Below are positions 61,926-64,000 of a DNA stretch of 64,000 bases, one piece after another. The DNA is taken from the sequence record ON528742. One strand, written 5' to 3'. Positions within the stretch are counted from its first letter, which is position 1, and the number at the start of each line of letters is the position of its first letter. This DNA comes from Shigella phage ESh32. The translations under genes were made by a program, and so were the position numbers. Below the pieces are notes generated by a model, which had not been told where the DNA came from, did not search any database, and saw only the letters and a program-made list of their open reading frames with translations.

Positions 61926-63207
61926 ATTCATCAATAATAATTTTTGGTAATTTAACACCTAATAAAACAGACAAATCTGAACGACCCGCCATTTTATCCA
62001 TGTCTCCACCGTCAATTATTCTTGCTTCTTTTTCATCTTTTGCTACGGTATAAGGATTTGCTGATAAAGCATATCTAACTAATAAACCGATAGACGGTTG
62101 TAAGCTTTCTGGATCAACAACAACTTTAAATGCACCTACATGTTCAGGGTCATCTAAGTCAAGACCTTCTGTATACGGAGCATAGAAAATTGATCCAACA
62201 ATTTCTTTTTCACCGATATTTTCTACTACGCCAACGATTACATAATCTAATGGGCTGTTAGTATCGCAATAAAGCGGTAAACCATTAGCTAAGAACCCGT
62301 AGGCATTTTGTGAAAGATATTTGTCATCTTCTGGTTTATGTTTTAACCAACCTGATGCAGCAAGAATCGCAGCGGCACGAGCAGAAGCAACACAGAACGT
62401 TGCTGTATAAGTTGATTCTTTTTGGATATGCGAAACCATTTCACATACCATTCGGTATAATGAACGACCAGCTTCAGGAGCAGATGCATAACTCAAATCG
62501 ATGAATCCAGTATCAGTAATTCCTGTAACTTTATAGCGTTTTGACACTGTAATCAAAGACTGCAGAATATCTTTATTGATTTCATCCGCCATTTCAGTTG
62601 CAAGCAAATCTTCCAAGAAATTAGGAGCATCGAATCCGTTTGCTTCTAAATCTTGTGCTAATTCAACTGTGATGCCAGTTTTAAGTTTACGAGATTTAAC
62701 TGCGGTTTGCCATTTATTAATCTGGAATCTAGCATCCGCAATTTCGCTATCAGAGTTTTCAAATTTGCTTGTTACTGCAGCATCAGAAAATAGACGAACC
62801 TTTAAAAGAACGATTGCAATCTGAAGAGCTAATTCTAAATCGCTTTCTTCAATATCAGCAAATGGTGTATCTTCTAATACTTTATAAACGATATTATTAT
62901 ATTTGAATAAATCGCCTTTATTGAGAGTTAATTTAGACTCTTCTGTTAATTCTGTGATTTGTTCTCGGTCTACATATCCAGCTTCGCCAGCGTAAGTAGC
63001 ACCAGTTTTAAATGTAAATTCATTGTCTGGGTTAAGATATTTGATACCATAAAAAGCAGCAACAGGTTGATTAGTTCTTTGCGTTGCTACAATGTCAGAA
63101 TATATTAATTTAGTGGTAGCGCGAGTCAAAGCAACGAGATTTGGGCGACCGATTGAGTTGCTATTCGTTGTGGTTGATTCGCGCAGAAGTTCGTTGATTT
63201 TAGCCAT
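61924..63207 (-). CDS. 24: head vertex protein gp24 (427 aa)
   Basis: MAKINELLRESTTTNSNSIGRPNLVALTRATTKLIYSDIVATQRTNQPVAAF...; major-capsid fold paralog; 427 aa. Confidence 0.9.
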   Translation of the reverse strand: MAKINELLRESTTTNSNSIGRPNLVALTRATTKLIYSDIVATQRTNQPVAAFYGIKYLNPDNEFTFKTGATYAGEAGYVDREQITELTEESKLTLNKGDLFKYNNIVYKVLEDTPFADIEESDLELALQIAIVLLKVRLFSDAAVTSKFENSDSEIADARFQINKWQTAVKSRKLKTGITVELAQDLEANGFDAPNFLEDLLATEMADEINKDILQSLITVSKRYKVTGITDTGFIDLSYASAPEAGRSLYRMVCEMVSHIQKESTYTATFCVASARAAAILAASGWLKHKPEDDKYLSQNAYGFLANGLPLYCDTNSPLDYVIVGVVENIGEKEIVGSIFYAPYTEGLDLDDPEHVGAFKVVVDPESLQPSIGLLVRYALSANPYTVAKDEKEARIIDGGDMDKMAGRSDLSVLLGVKLPKIIIDE

Positions 63208-63234
63208 TGCGCTTTCCTTTTGGTTTATATGATT

Positions 63235-63242
63235 TATTTATA
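63235..63242 (-). promoter_or_regulatory. late promoter (TATAAATA on minus strand) for gene 24
   Basis: Exact octamer about 28 nt upstream of gene 24 ATG. Confidence 0.6.
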
Positions 63243-63257
63243 CCATAAAAACAACTA

Positions 63258-63276
63258 AAGGGACCCGAAGGTCCCT
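63258..63276 (-). terminator. hairpin / partial terminator between genes 23 and 24 (minus-strand GGGACC-UUCG-GGUCCC)
   Basis: Perfect 6-bp stem with UUCG loop downstream of gene 23 stop; U-rich tail imperfect. Confidence 0.45.
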
Positions 63277-63290
63277 TAAATCGTCAAAGA

Positions 63291-64000
63291 TTAGATACCT
63301 TTAACATATACACGTCTAAAGTAAGCGTTTTTACCAAGGCTATTCAGAATAGAAGGCATACCGCTCTGGATGCGAGAAGCCGGAGCCTGAGCAGCGGATT
63401 CTGCAAATGGGTTGATACCGATACCGTAACGAGTTTTGAATCCCATTACCGGTTGGAAGTTCTTCGGATCGGAACCACGCAGCGGAGTCAGAGCTACATA
63501 TGGAGCATAGTAAATACCAGCATCCATTTCGTTCGGACCTTTATAACCTACAGTGAAATAATCCTGCTTAGCATACTGGTCGATATATACACGGTATTTA
63601 CCACCCAGAACACCAGCAAATACTGACTTGGTAGTATCAGTGTTAAAGCCGGTAGCCAGACCCTGTGCAGCATAAGAAATGCCGGTATCAACTGAAGCCA
63701 GAACGTTAACTACGTTACGGGAAGCGATAATGAAGTTACCTTCACCACGACCGGTCTGACGAGCAATTTCAACTGCTTCTTTATCAATCTGGAACAACAG
63801 AGCTTTAAAGGATTCACCTGCCCAGCGAGCACCACGAATATCGATTGGGTCTTGGAAGTCAAATACACCAGCTTTAGAACCCGGAGTCAGGGTCATACCA
63901 GATTTACCAACCTGAGCTGAGTAGTTAATCCAATCAACAACTTCACGGTTAATTTCCAGCATAATTTCTGTAGCCAGAATACCAGACAGTTCAGCATCAG
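63291..64000 (-). CDS. 23: major capsid protein gp23, C-terminal part (gene continues beyond window end)
   Basis: C-terminal sequence ...QPVMGFKTRYGIGINPFAESAAQAPASRIQSGMPSILNSLGKNAYFRRVYVKGI; ORF open to window edge. Confidence 0.9.
   Translation of the reverse strand, partial: DAELSGILATEIMLEINREVVDWINYSAQVGKSGMTLTPGSKAGVFDFQDPIDIRGARWAGESFKALLFQIDKEAVEIARQTGRGEGNFIIASRNVVNVLASVDTGISYAAQGLATGFNTDTTKSVFAGVLGGKYRVYIDQYAKQDYFTVGYKGPNEMDAGIYYAPYVALTPLRGSDPKNFQPVMGFKTRYGIGINPFAESAAQAPASRIQSGMPSILNSLGKNAYFRRVYVKGI

Overview
This window reads as a contiguous segment of a T-even (T4-like, Tevenvirinae) coliphage genome, in reverse orientation relative to the usual T4 map. Gene identities rest on recognised protein sequences, lengths and T4 synteny recalled from memory; no database search was run. 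In order: a 5'-truncated ORF and small early ORFs, ndd-stp-ac-52 (topoisomerase II), motA-arn-asiA, then on the minus strand holin t and long tail fiber genes 38-37-36-35-34. Then rnh-dsbA-33-59-segG-32, frd, an intron-split td carrying I-TevI, nrdA-nrdB, denA, rnlA, alc, a spanin pair, pseT, cd, 31, rIII, a run of small 30.x-like ORFs including a NADAR-domain protein and a HAD-like hydrolase, DNA ligase 30 and two tandem Alt-family ADP-ribosyltransferases. The right end holds baseplate genes 54-48-29-28-27-51 (minus), 26-25-uvsY (plus), uvsW.1/uvsW and a segD-like gene (minus), inh, hoc, rnlB, then head genes 24 and the 3' part of 23 (minus). The adhesin gp38 is the glycine-rich T2 type and gp37 ends in a self-cleaving chaperone-like domain, so this is a T2/T6-like relative rather than T4 itself. 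Regulatory signals are dense: T4 early promoters (GTTTAC-N18-TAnnnT), MotA-box middle promoters, TATAAATA late promoters, tetraloop hairpins/terminators and the gene 32 translational operator. I found no CRISPR array, tRNA or rRNA, and no clear-cut wholly novel system. The best candidates for a second look are a 115-aa ORF inserted between frd and td, the NADAR/HAD pair upstream of the two Alt paralogs, the apparently split ribosome-binding site of denA, a 4-Ig-domain Hoc, and a 54-bp promoter-leader cassette duplicated 15 kb apart.
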